A stretch of 55,518 nucleotides of DNA, counting the filler, from Circinaria calcarea (taxonomy: Eukaryota), in NCBI GenBank assembly GCA_051942165.1. It is 5 parts of 5 records of this genome, joined end to end, with 100 filler letters (N's around TTAATTAATTAA, not from the genome) between each part and the next. Parts side by side here need not be neighbours in the genome. Positions count along the whole stretch, not along the records: positions 22,269 to 33,291 come from JAVECS010000726.1; positions 33,392 to 44,410 come from JAVECS010000727.1; 3 more parts are not named here. One strand, 5' to 3'. Every line of letters starts with the position of its first letter. The first letter of the stretch is position 1. Below are positions 27,622-39,050 of the stretch, piece after piece. The notes beneath the pieces were generated by a model, which did not search any database, had not been told where the DNA came from, and saw nothing but the letters and a program-made list of their open reading frames with translations. The position numbers were made by a program, and so were the translations under genes.

Positions 27622-28756
27622 TTTTGCTGTGCTTGTACATACGAGGAGCTTCGAGGGCCCGGCCCTGTGAAAAGCACGGTCCTCGGCATTTAACGAGATT
27701 AAATGAATTTGATGTAGCTTTGTGCTGTCGTCCTTTGTACATATCTAGAGCTTCTGTTTGGAGGAAGGGGGGGGGGCCTGTGAAACAGCAAATGCCGGTG
27801 ATGTGATGGGATGGATCGAATAAGCTAGGGGTGGTAGTGAGGGAAGGAATCCGCGGTGGGTTTTTTGTGGGATTGTTAATTTTTCTTTTATTTTTTTAAA
27901 AAAGAAATTGCAAAAGCGGGAAAAGGGGGAAGGAGAAAGGGAGAGGTTATGGGTTTGGTATTGGTATTTGCTTTTTTTTTTGCCTACGGATAGAAAGTTG
28001 AGAAAAAAGATTTTGGGGAGGGGGGGGGGAATATGTAGCTTTTCTTTTAGCTAATTGCTCTTCTTGAATGGAATAAACATGGTTTGATCCTACGGTGTTA
28101 CGTTTTTTAGTGAGTCGCCCTAGCTCTCTCTCCGCTCCGCTCTGCTCTGCTCTGCAAGGGTGTGGAAAGTTTTCAAAGTCGAAGGGGGTGAGAAATTTTG
28201 ATGGGGGAGGGGGGGTTAAGTTGTTGAAAATGTAAAGGTTGTAGGCAAGTTAGACAAGTGAAGCGGGTGCTTTTTTTTTTTCTTTGGAACGATGGCGTCG
28301 TCTTGTCCCTCTGAATTGGGGGTTGGAACCGGAGGCGGAGGGAGACCGATGCTCTGGATCGTTGGGAATACGAAAGGAGCTAGTGTGTCTCGCTTGCTTC
28401 TGATGTGTGCATTTAAGGTTATTTCCGGTTTTCTTGGATAGTGGGTCTTTGGTAGCCGGCACGGCAAAGGAATCTGAACGCTGTTCAGGGTTGGGAGCTT
28501 GTTCGGGTGATCCCCCTTGTTATCCTTTCGCTTCATGTTGGACAAAGGTCCCGGAGTTCGGTTAGGTATGATGAGGAGGACTGAGGGTTGAACACAAATC
28601 CGTTTTTACCCTCGGAGCTCGATGACTTTGAGGATCTTGTGGTGGTGTTAGGGCCCGGTCATCTGAGGGCGGAATGGCTTGATTGACTCTCAGCTGCGTG
28701 TATGTGATGCCTACACAAAGCCTCTAGTTGGATTTCCCTCATGCCAAGCTATCAAC

Positions 28757-29675
28757 TTATTCGGCAGTCAGGTAGTTGTGGATGCCCTTCTGGTTTGGAT
28801 GGCCCAAGCCCAAACTCAAATCTCCTTTGGAAACGTCAATGGCTACGATGAAGGCGAACATCGCCAATGTAACCTGTGCCCTCGGCTTAGCCAAGTGATG
28901 AAAAACGGGAGAAAGTGGTACTATCGGCATACCGTGATTGCGATACCTGCCACCATGTTCATCTCCCAACCCCCCGCGTGGACTTTGCCTCTGCCCATGG
29001 CATTTTGCTGACGCCAGAATCGATATGCGCCGAGCATGGTGATGAACATGGCGGCGCCTATACAGATACAAGCTAGAGGAACCCCTAGACGATGTAATCC
29101 GCTTTGCGACGCCGTAGATTGTTCCTGCGGCAGTCGAAAGAGCTGCGCGACAAAAATCCCGAGTATGGCAAAAGCCAACGAGGTTCGGAGATATCCGAGA
29201 TGGGTACGCTCGAGGGCTGAAAGTATCGTTAGAAGAGTCAAGAAGGCGTGCAGCATTTCGAGCTAATAGGTCTTGTCCCGCCTAAAAGCTGGCCGTTTGG
29301 ATGATATGCAGGCAGAACATACATGCATACCTGGGTAATCAAGGAAATATTGCAGAACGGCGGCAAAATGGACATGAGAGACATAGTAATGAAACGTGAG
29401 TTCGAAGGGAGAAAGGCATGACAGATGGAAGGGGACTATGCACCAAAGTGATCTCTGCATTCGGTACGGGGCGTCTCGATAGTAACCTGACGGGCCCAGA
29501 ACTTCTGGACTGCATGCCCACACCCAATGATGCAATTTGATCGATACAGAGATCCACTGGCCTGCGTGTTTCCTCGCCGAGATGCAGCCAAAGTCTCCTG
29601 GTCTTGAAGCTCCGTGGCTTCCTGCCCCTCGTTGTCGAGGCGCGATTGGCCTCGGTCTTCTTGACCCAATGCCAT
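28757..29675 (-). CDS. DUF202 (YidH/Vtc1-like) small membrane protein, 3 exons
   Basis: Spliced ..ECRDHF|ALERTHLGYLRTSLAFAILGIFVAQLFRL..GAYRFWRQQNAMGRGK..|VTLAMFAFIVAID. Intron 29217-29443. Confidence 0.8.
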
Positions 29676-30488
29676 GAGTTTTTCACCCTCTACCCGCAGA
29701 TGATTGAACAAAGGTCCGACTAGCAGATTCAGCCAACGGGGACAAACCTGGACCGTCGATGCAATCTTGCAGAAGCGGCATGCGTGTCATTTTGCGGAAA
29801 CACGTTTTCCCTTGCAGTCAACTACCCTTAAGGGGTAAAAAAGAGGCCTTGACAGCGGGGGATGGCTTGGCCGCTTCAATCTAGAACGGAACGACGAGGA
29901 AAGGCCCTTTTCCCAAGATGATACGACGGCGTCATGAGGCCTCTTCACAGAACATGTCTAAACTACCTTTCCCCAAAGTGGTGTCGGTTCCCGCAGCCAT
30001 GGAGTCATCTCTAGTGCTGTCGGCGGATTTCGGGAGGTCAAGTGCGGATTGTAAAGCTATCCCACAAACCTCATTACAGGGTCCCAGTTAGGGATGTAAG
30101 GGAAGTCCTTGCGGGATGCTGGAATTTCATCATGGGTTTTTGGCTACCAAGTCTTGACGGTGCACAGTTTGCACACCGTTATTGTTTGTCATTTGTTGAG
30201 CTTGTGTCCTTCTACGATGCTACACGCAGATGGCAAACCTTGGTAGAACTATATGGAAGCTTTCAGTCGTTGAAAGCTTCAGACAGCATTAAGAGGTTCG
30301 TCATCTGCAACGGTTGTGATGCCACGTAACGGAAATGGTACAAACTTCCCGGCTGTGGACGAGGGTCCATATCAAATAGCTGGGTATATAATTCGAGTGG
30401 CGTCTCCTCCACTTCCTTCTCAGCTACTAAATCTACATTCGGAAGCAACCCAACACGAACGCCCGCGTCCAAATTGATAGGACAGAAG

Positions 30489-33251
30489 ATGTTATCTAAA
30501 AAGGGCCTTAAAGAAGATAGCAGCCGCATTGCAGCTGGCCTGTCCTTGGAGGAACAGGTATGACAGTAGAGGTACTGGTGCAGGGCGATATGCTGAAGAT
30601 GCAAGGTATCTCTGCTCGGTGGCAAAGACTTTTGGAGGACCGTCCCAATCCCTTCAAAAGGCATTCCGTCCATCAAGACCACGGACGGCCCGAACGGCGC
30701 CAGAGGACAGCGTTTCAAGGAGGGCACTCCGGTAGGTACTCTAGTCGAATGATGAACCCATATTCTAAGGAGTTTCAGGCTGCGCTTTTCCCTTGCGGCG
30801 TCTCTCTAGCTGCCACTTGGAATACCGATCTCATTTTCGAAGTTGGGCAACATCTCGCAGAGGAGACAAAGGCACGTGGTGCGGATGTTCTGCTGGGTCC
30901 AACCGTATGCATCCATCGATCTCCACTCGGGGGCCGCAATTTTGAGTCTTTTTCCGAAGACCCTTATCTGACAGGGAAACTGGCTGCATCGTACATAAAC
31001 GGACTACAGAGTCGGGAAGTTGCTGCTACCATTAAGCATTTCGTTGGCAACGAGCAAGAAACGTCACGGAGGACGATCGACTGTATCATTCGAGAGCGAC
31101 CTCTAAGAGAAATGTACCTCAAACCTTTTGAAATTGCCATCAGAGAATCATCGCCATGGGCATTGATGACTTCTTACAACCTTGTCAATGGTGTTCATGC
31201 TGATATGAATGTACACATCTTGCAGGATATTCTAAGAAATGAATGGAAATACGATGGGTGAGTAATCGAAGAACATTATGTTAGTCGATATCCTAACGAT
31301 CCGCAGAATGATCATGTCAGATTGGAATGGGGTGAACTCAATAGTAGAGTCGATCTCGGCGGGTTGTGATTTGGAGATGCCAGGACCCACACAATGGCGC
31401 GGACAACGAGCCCTCGAGGCAATCAAAGATGGACGGCTCAATCAATCAGATGTAGAGCGGTGCGCTGCCAACGTAATTCATCTCGTGAGACGAACAAGAG
31501 GTCTCAGCGGACCTCGAGAAAGCCCAGAGCGTGTGGATGACAATCCAGAACGGCAGGAACTCATCCGGCGCGCTGGTCATGAAGGTCTCACTTTACTCAA
31601 GAACGAAAACATCCTTCCATTGACAGACAGGACCAAGACGATTGCTCTCATAGGCCCCAACGCTAAGCGCGCGATTGCTGGCGGTGGCGGCAGCGCAAGT
31701 CTGAATCCTTACTACACCACCACGCCCTTTGAAGGACTCCAAGAGGTTTTTAAATCCGATATCCTGTACGCACAGGGATGCAATATAAGCAAACGGCTAC
31801 CGCTGGCATCAGAGGTGGATTGCACGACTCCTTCCGGTAGACCCGGTGTTGTGCTGGAGTATTACAAAGGTCATCACCTGGAGGGAAGGCCTGCTCATGT
31901 TCAGCATAAGAAAACTACAGACCTGCTTTTGTGGGATTCGGCACCCGAGGATATACTTTCTGAATATTCCTTCAAAGTGAAGTTCAATATCACCCCATCC
32001 AAAACGGGACTGCACACGATCGGATTCATGAGCGTGGGCCCAGGCAGGCTTTTCGTCAACCAAAAACTCTTCATCGACAACTGGGACTGGACAGCAGAGG
32101 GAGAAGCGATTTTTGCTGGGTCTAGAGACGTCGTAAAGAAGGTCCACCTTAAGAGTGGTGTGAAGGTTGACATTCGCTTGGAAAGTAATAACGAAATACG
32201 ACCAAGGTCGGAAACGCCATCTAAAGGCCCAAAGCGCGCATACGGTGGCTGCAGGATCGGCTACGAGGAAGAACAGACAGAAGATTCAGCAAATCTACTT
32301 CTTCAAGAGGCAATTGAGACTGCGAAGAAAGCTGATGTAGCGGTCGTCTGTGTTGGCCTTGATGCCGAGTGGGAGTCTGAAGGATACGACCGTCAAACTA
32401 TGGATTTACCCCGTGACGGTAACCAAGATAGACTAGTCGAGGCCATCGTCAAAGCAAACCCACGGACGGTCGTTGTCAATCAATCCGGCACACCGGTAAC
32501 TATGCCATGGGCAGACCGAGCGCCCGCAATTCTTCAGGCTTGGTATCAAGGACAAGAGGCTGGCCGAGCCCTTGCCGACGTTTTGTCAGGACACGTCTCG
32601 CCCAGCGGCAAGCTCCCCGTCACATTTCCGAGGAGCATCAAAGACACTCCGGCATATCATAACTGGCCGGGGGAAAACGACGCGGTGGTATATGGAGAAG
32701 GCCTCTTCGTCGGATACCGGCACTACGACGCCGTGGAACTCGCCCCCTTATTTCCCTTTGGCCACGGGCTCTCGTACGGGAAATTCGAGTATTCCAATCT
32801 GCATCTGAGCACCACGACCATGTCCGAGAACGAGACCATCCTCGTCTCCCTCTCCGTCAAGAACGTCGGCCCAACCGCGGCCGCCGAGATCGTCCAGGCA
32901 TACGTCCGCGATCCCGACTCGCGTTTGCCCCGTCCCGAAAAGGAACTCAAGGCCTTTGCCAAGGTCCACCTGTCGCCCGGACAGGAAAAGCGCGTCAGCC
33001 TGGCTCTCGACAAACACTCCGTCGGCTACTACGACACCTCCCTGCGCGCATGGATCGCCGAAGCAGGCACCTTCGAGCTGTTGATCGGTGCCTCCTCGGT
33101 CGATACGAGGTAACGTTTCGCCCCCCCCCCCCTTCGTCACGTCACTTTCCAACTAAACACAGTTTTCCCCAAACCCGGCTGACTCTTCTTTCCTCCTTCT
33201 AGATGCCGATCCTCGTTTGCGGTCGAGAAGTCGTTTACATGGATATTCTAG
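30489..33251 (+). CDS. Glycoside hydrolase family 3 beta-glucosidase with PA14 and Fn3-like domains (no signal peptide)
   Basis: LSLEEQ|VSLLGGKDFWRT..TTDGPNGARG, RSPLGGRNFESFSEDP, IKHFVGNEQET, nucleophile motif MSDW, WESEGYDR, AWYQGQEAG, PSGKLPVTFP, FPFGHGLSY, C-terminus FTWIF*. Confidence 0.93.
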
Positions 33252-33291
33252 ATGGATTGTCAAAACGGTGTTGTTGAGGGGAGGGGGGGGG

Positions 33292-33391
33292 NNNNNNNNN
33301 NNNNNNNNNNNNNNNNNNNNNNNNNNNNNNNNNNNTTAATTAATTAANNNNNNNNNNNNNNNNNNNNNNNNNNNNNNNNNNNNNNNNNNNN
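33292..33391. other. Artificial contig linker
   Basis: N44-TTAATTAATTAA-N44. Confidence 0.98.
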
Positions 33392-33635
33392 GGTGAAAAG
33401 CAAGGGCGGGCTGGCTGAATGAAAAATTCGCGAAATGAGGCTTGAGTATCCAAAGGCGGGGGGGGTTCATAAAAGGAGTACTTAGCGTTTAGTTAGAAGC
33501 CGTTGACCTGTTTTTCTAGCCGGGATTTCCGAGGCATTGATTTTTTTTGCTGGAGAAATTTGGGTGGAAATGTTGGAAATTAGGATTATTTTTTTTAAAT
33601 TTTTTTTTGGGAGCAAAACGACATGCGTAAACGAA

Positions 33636-33816
33636 GGGCCCACGCGGGTGACACGTTAAAACGCGACGCCCACCGTATTTACTTGCCTAAAGTATAAGCC
33701 CCAAATTTGTGAGGACCCCTTCTAACACTAGGGCTCCTCGGGCGTAAATTAGTGGGTGCGCCTACGGTCTGGGTAAATTTTGCTGTCGCATTTTTTCTGT
33801 CACCCGTGTGGGGGCC
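33636..33816. repeat. Degenerate ~180-bp foldback / inverted repeat (MITE relic?)
   Basis: CCCACGCGGGTGACA...AAAACGCGAC...GAGGACCCCT mirrors the reverse complement of AGGGCTCCTC...GTCGCATTTT...TGTCACCCGTGTGGG. Centre is at ~33725. Confidence 0.5.
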
Positions 33817-34332
33817 ATATGGTATAAGAACTTTCGCGAATAGCTAAATAGGTTGTCTTTAGAGGGGGATTTATTAGTCAATTAATAGGGCCAAATAGCA
33901 AGTGAGGTTGGTGCTAATCCTAGGTGTAGCAAGGGGACATATCAGGAAGATACCAGTTACCAGGGTAAAAAAGTGTGTGTATCCGTGCAATTTTATGCAT
34001 GGACAGGGGGAGGGTATTTTCAGCAAATTCGACATTATATATTCACATCCGCGGCTATGCATCAGTGAATAAACTTCTTTTTTGAGATGAGAGAGGGTAG
34101 TTCTAGTTTCTAGGTCACAAGACTCGGGAGGCGGGGGGAGAGGAGGGAAAAGCGAGAGCGGAGAGCTTGCAGGTTGGAATAAGAAGAGAATCTAACAGCC
34201 CTCGGTATCATTAATACCGAATTAATTCTGCCTCTGTCTCTGAAATCTGGACACCCCCGCACAAACTTGTTCTTCCCCCCCACCCCCGGCTATGAGGGTA
34301 TCAAGGAGGAGGTAGGGTAGGGTAGGTCAGTT

Positions 34333-35015
34333 TCAAATAGGCTCCTTAACACCATGGCATATGAGCCCGTCCCCGTAGAGCCCTACCTCGGCTTTGGCCA
34401 GGCAATCCAAGATACCGGTAACATCGTTTGGGCTATCCACGCAGTCGATGGAGCTCGGGATCCCCCACCAGAAATAGAACTTGTCGCCATCCTTGAACAG
34501 GTAAGTGGCATTGTCCGCCTGCCCGAGGATAGGGATCGGGTTGGTGAATTGGATTTCATAACCATAGTCATTGAGCTCTTTTGCGTCCGGGACGACATCG
34601 AGCAGATCAGGATCGTTACACCAGCCGAACGGGATCAGGCTCTCCGGCACGACTTTGTAGAATGCGCGGCCGTTGTAGTACTGGATTTGGAAGGGATCCT
34701 ATTATCAGATATAGACGTTATTTTTATGAATATATATTGTTTGAGATAAGGGTACCATGGGACTTTGGCTCGTCGAAGCGGTAGTTAAGGCTTTCCCGTG
34801 AAACGGTGTTTTCTAAGGTATGTGGTTAGATACACCTAGAAGCTGTAGCTGTGAGGGTAGTAAAAATGACTAACCCGGGTCGCGGCCATAGTCGTAGCTC
34901 GAGGGTACTGGAATAGGGTAGCTAGGACGTTTCGAAATTTAGGTATCACAGGCTTGTATGTCGACCGGAAAGCGAAGGATCGAAGATATCGACCAAGGAT
35001 GGGTGAATTCTTCAT
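34333..35015 (-). CDS. Hypothetical 187-aa protein, Arg-rich N-terminus, possible SUKH/US22-like domain
   Basis: Three in-frame exons (35015-34875, 34812-34756, 34698-34333) with GT..AG introns. Core LIPFGWCNDP..NPIPILGQADNATYLFKDGDKFYFWWG..DSPNDVTGILDCL. The fold assignment is inference. Confidence 0.65.
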
Positions 35016-35463
35016 TCAGAAATGAAGGACCAGCTTCTTATTTAAGGCAGTAGTGTAGAAAACAATGTAGAGTTGTCAGGTTATGGCCTAAGGGCCTGAG
35101 GTTACGAGGTCAAAGGAAGGGGAAGAGGGATAGCAGCGTTTCATAGCCTCGGTGCGATGATTATGTATTTAGGGTTTGCTATTTGAGCAGGCTCGGCAGA
35201 GTTTCATTCATGATACTTTGAATTGCTGGCGCCTCCAATGAATTGATCGCAAAGAATTCGACTCGATCAGATGATCTATATTCACTCTATACAATGCCTC
35301 GATATAGCCTTAGACCTAATATTTCAGTTCATAGCATCCCCCCCAAATATTCCTGTAACAATTAGAGAACTGCTTAGGGTTACAATCTCTATTTATCTAG
35401 CCTAATAACGCAGGTGCCTCTGAATCCCCATCAATCCTCCGTCTACTACCATAACCTAAGACC

Positions 35464-36578
35464 ATGGCATCATCGAGCCTTGCTGGACGCATCCTTAAAC
35501 CGGCGCACCTCCTCTTCGACATCCACCAAGGGCTATCGTTTACCAAAGCTGATGTGAGTTATACCCTGGAACCTGGGCCAAAAAATATCGCGCCGATGGT
35601 TTTCGTAACTTTACAGATACTAACATAGAGGAACAACTAGATAGCAGCTTTCTTGAAGACCACGCCCGGAATTCTAAAGGCTAACGGACTGCAAGGGGAT
35701 GAGCTCAAGTCACTACAGGATTGCGTTGGTATATTACGTACGAACATGTAAACATCCGTACCAATCCCAGCGACTATCATTGATCAAAGCTGAAGTTCCA
35801 CTAGCGAAAACGAAAAGGCAATAGTTCCGAACCTTGATAAACCACCTATGGCAAGTATCAAAGGGGTTCAAGTGCCCCTTTACTCTACTTCAGACATGCT
35901 AGCTCACATTCTTTCTACCACTGGGATTCCCGAGAAAAGGCAGGATCCGAGCGAACAAGCGACCATGGAAAACTATTATGTCCCCTACCTCGCTATGTTC
36001 CATCAGTGGAACAATATTATCTCACCAAATCCAGAGTATCAGCCATACATGGCCTCTATCCTGGTCTTTGGCACCGATGGGTTATCGCCGCCTTTGATCC
36101 TAGGGTCCTCAAACTACAGGCGAAAAGATCAAAAGATTTTGCTCATAGAGCGGGCACGAGCTGATCTGAAAAATGCAGGCCTGATTCCAAAACAACAAGG
36201 AAAGAATTACGGAAACTGCGCCGAGACGACCCAATGGCTGATCCTGAAGTAGGAATCTAAATGCTGAATGTAGCCATTTCGCCTTAAGCTCTCTGCTAAC
36301 AATATCTGCTTAGGAAACTTGGGCTTTCCAAGGCAGGAGTGAGTCGAGGAATTGCATTGGAGAAAACGAGAGAGGACTCCGGTATGATGAAGTGGGACCC
36401 CAAAAGCGTTGCACAGCGGTTGCGCCATCCCTGCCTTGACTGTGGACAACTGGCCTGCCAAGTAGGGTTCAAAGAGAAGGATCTCGAAAGTCATTTCGGA
36501 ATTGAACAAACGGCGCGAAAACTAAGTCCTGAATGGAAACCCCTGAAAAGGCAGGATATGGGGCCGTTTCAAACGTAG
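35464..36578 (+). CDS. Putative Zn-dependent nucleotide/nucleic-acid deaminase-fold protein (~301 aa)
   Basis: Four phase-consistent exons (35464-35553, 35641-35747, 35805-36248, 36314-36578). Motifs YGNCAET and LRHPCLDC match the (H/C)xE...PCxxC deaminase signature. Confidence 0.65.
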
Positions 36579-36622
36579 AGGTGGGTATTTTGAAGTAGAT
36601 TGTATTATAGCAAGGAAATGGG

Positions 36623-37956
36623 TTAGATGTTTCTCAACAGTGGCAGGCACTCTTTAAGCAGATAGTAGCGAAAATGATATCCCTTTAGGCCCTGTGGGGG
36701 ATTCTTGCGATCCAAGTCGAATGTCTTGGTGCGTAGGGTTGCTCTACGGATTGGATCAACACCCTGAAGCCCGCCAATTGTCGGTGGTCGTTTGCAGGTA
36801 ACCAACCATTTGAAAATCTTCGTGGCGATGTTTTTTGTCTTTGATCTGGTTGAGCCTATCGGCGTAAAGCTCACTGAGTTTCACCGGTAACTTCACTACC
36901 TCGTCGAGTAATTAATCCTCGTACCGGCCTTGTCTTCAAGAATGTCGAGCATGAGCCGTGTGTAGAGAATCATTCCTTGAATATATCAGTACATCAGTGG
37001 ACAGTCCATCGCGTGGTCTCCACATACCTTCGACATTTCCCTCAGGCTCTCCACAACTCGTGGCATTTGTCGGGACAGCGCTTTGGATTTTCGGAGCCGG
37101 TCTTCAATGAACAGCCGTATATCTTCTCTCGATTTGTCTATGACAGAGCTCAGCTGAAGATGGATGTAGAGAGTATCTTTAGCAAGGTCTTCGATGCTTT
37201 CCCAACTTGCAGTTTCTGGGACGTTTTTAATTCTTCGAGCCACTCTTTCAAGACTTCAGGATCGGTGCCTGTGCATTCATCGAGGGCATCAACAACCAGA
37301 AAGGCTGGCTGGACCATAGCCAGGACATCTCGTTTGGCTTCTTTAAGGCATTTAGGGGTCAGATCTTCGTCCTGAACCCTTTGGCGGACAATCTCAAAGA
37401 ACTTCGCTCTCAGATTAGAATCTGCTCGTGGGATCTGGTTGAGCAACTGATGTAAAATGGTATGATAGAACTTCCTTAGTGATCGTAGGTCTTTTGTATC
37501 TGTACTTTTGGAATCGAAGAAAAAACACATGGGAATGAGGTTCTCTTGTTCGAGATGCTCGCAAAGGTACTACTAGATTTAGTCATGAGGTCTAGGATTT
37601 TGGGTTGTCAATTACTGACGTGCGCAATGAAGCTTTTACCCGATTCGGCCCTCCCCAAAATCCAGGGCAAGTTATTCTGCAAATTCCAACGCTGAAATTG
37701 CCATTCGCGAGTAATCCATTGACATGTACCGGCGGTGAATTTGCTGTGTCGTTCGTCTCTGATAGGTTCGAAGTCACAAGGCTCAAAGGATCCGAGAAGC
37801 TCTTGGTTGCTCGGTTCTGTCAAATTCATAATCAGGTTTTATGACAGTTTCTCTAGGCGTGGGCACTTTACCCTTGCTGATAGTCATACTTATTGCGGTC
37901 GGGGCGTTGATTTGAATGGAGTTAATTGCCTGGTTGTTCATTGCCTTTCTGGCCAT
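36623..37956 (-). pseudogene. Decayed NACHT-type NLR with N-terminal candidate amyloid signalling motif; no C-terminal repeat domain
   Basis: Spliced MARKAMNNQAINSIQINAPTAI...|..ELLGSF..FTAGTCQWI..FQRW..WILGRAESGKS (Walker A) |YLCEHL..CFFFD..ILHQLL..FLVVDALDEC (Walker B). Frameshifted segments follow: DIRLFIEDRL, GMILYTRLML, LPVKLSELYADRL, ATKIFKWLVTCKRP. At least 3-4 frameshifts. Confidence 0.8.
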
Positions 37957-38331
37957 ACGAGCCGTCTCAGGACAGTACGCTTTGACCAAAGTGTTGTACT
38001 GTCCGCTCCAATCAGTACAGGGGTGCAGCGGGCACCAAGCTGGGTATCCAAAGCTTTAAATATATAAGCCCGGATCTTAGTTGGTGCACCTGACATTAAT
38101 GGGTACGCCCGGCGAGTTGTAGTATGCCCGGCGAGTTCCAAGGTATTTGTATCCCCAGGGTGTGAGATAGATATTAGCCAATAAAGGATGGCTATTTAAC
38201 TAGGGCAACCAATCAGCAGAGTTGATCCATTGGAGACCCCTCATAATACGGACTTAGTTTGACGGCTTGCATCCATTATCCACAGTGATGAACTCTCTTT
38301 GAAACTAGGGACCTCAGTTCGGGTGACGGTT

Positions 38332-38480
38332 TCACATTCTAAAGTTCTGCCTGCATAGATGACGAACGGGCTTCTCTGCCTAATATTGGTGGGCTGAACG
38401 AGTAAAAGCTATTTTTTTGACAGTGAGACCTAGTCTCACATTCTGGAGTTCTGCCTGCATGGATGACGAACAGGCTTCCC
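38332..38480 (+). repeat. 45-bp direct repeat (38332-38376 and 38436-38480)
   Basis: TCACATTCT(AA/GG)AGTTCTGCCTGCAT(A/G)GATGACGAAC(G/A)GGCTTC(T/C)C. All five differences are transitions. Confidence 0.85.
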
Positions 38481-38490
38481 ATACATTTAC

Positions 38491-38909
38491 CTGTCCGTTC
38501 TTAGGCTGGCACTAATTACTAGGCTGGCACGCTTACAGGGCATGCCGGGTAAATGTCCACGCGGAAGCTAAACGCCTTTGCGCCCGGAGAAGGCTTTTGC
38601 GCCCGGAGGCTCTTACAGAAAAATAATGTGTTACAGAGAGGGCGCTACGTCTTCAATAAGCTGCACGGTATAATCGGAACAAATATATGAATAAGTGCTA
38701 TTGAAATATTATAGCAATGCTATGAAATTATGTATGATATATATGTGCTGTGTAACATGTACAGAACAATATTCGGGGGATGGCTGAGCTGTTTTTAGGC
38801 TGTTTCGGTAAAGCCAGTTTTCACCGGGCGTAAAGAGCCTCCCGCCGCAGCCTCTGCGTGGATACTTACGTGCCAGCCTAGTTATTAGTGACAGCCTAAG
38901 AACGGACAG
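38491..38909. mobile_element. 419-bp MITE (Tc1/mariner-pogo-like), 41-bp TIRs
   Basis: TIR CTGTCCGTTCTTAGGCTG(G/T)CACTAAT(T/A)ACTAGGCTGGCACG at both ends (2 mismatches). TA flanks the right end. Confidence 0.85.
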
Positions 38910-39050
38910 TATATGTATACTGTCCCATTATCCTAAGTCATTCCGATATTCTTATTTCTGGCGGTGGTCTCACGCGACTTAGATTATATCGAACACCAAG
39001 GTAATTTGAGTATATATGAGGGAGAATTTCGTTAACACCTTGCAGTCGCC

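Noticed and set aside
18260..33251. ERG24, CDC1, ZRC1 and GH3 as a metabolic gene cluster
   Set aside because: Unrelated housekeeping functions, split across two unlinked contigs, with no backbone biosynthetic enzyme.
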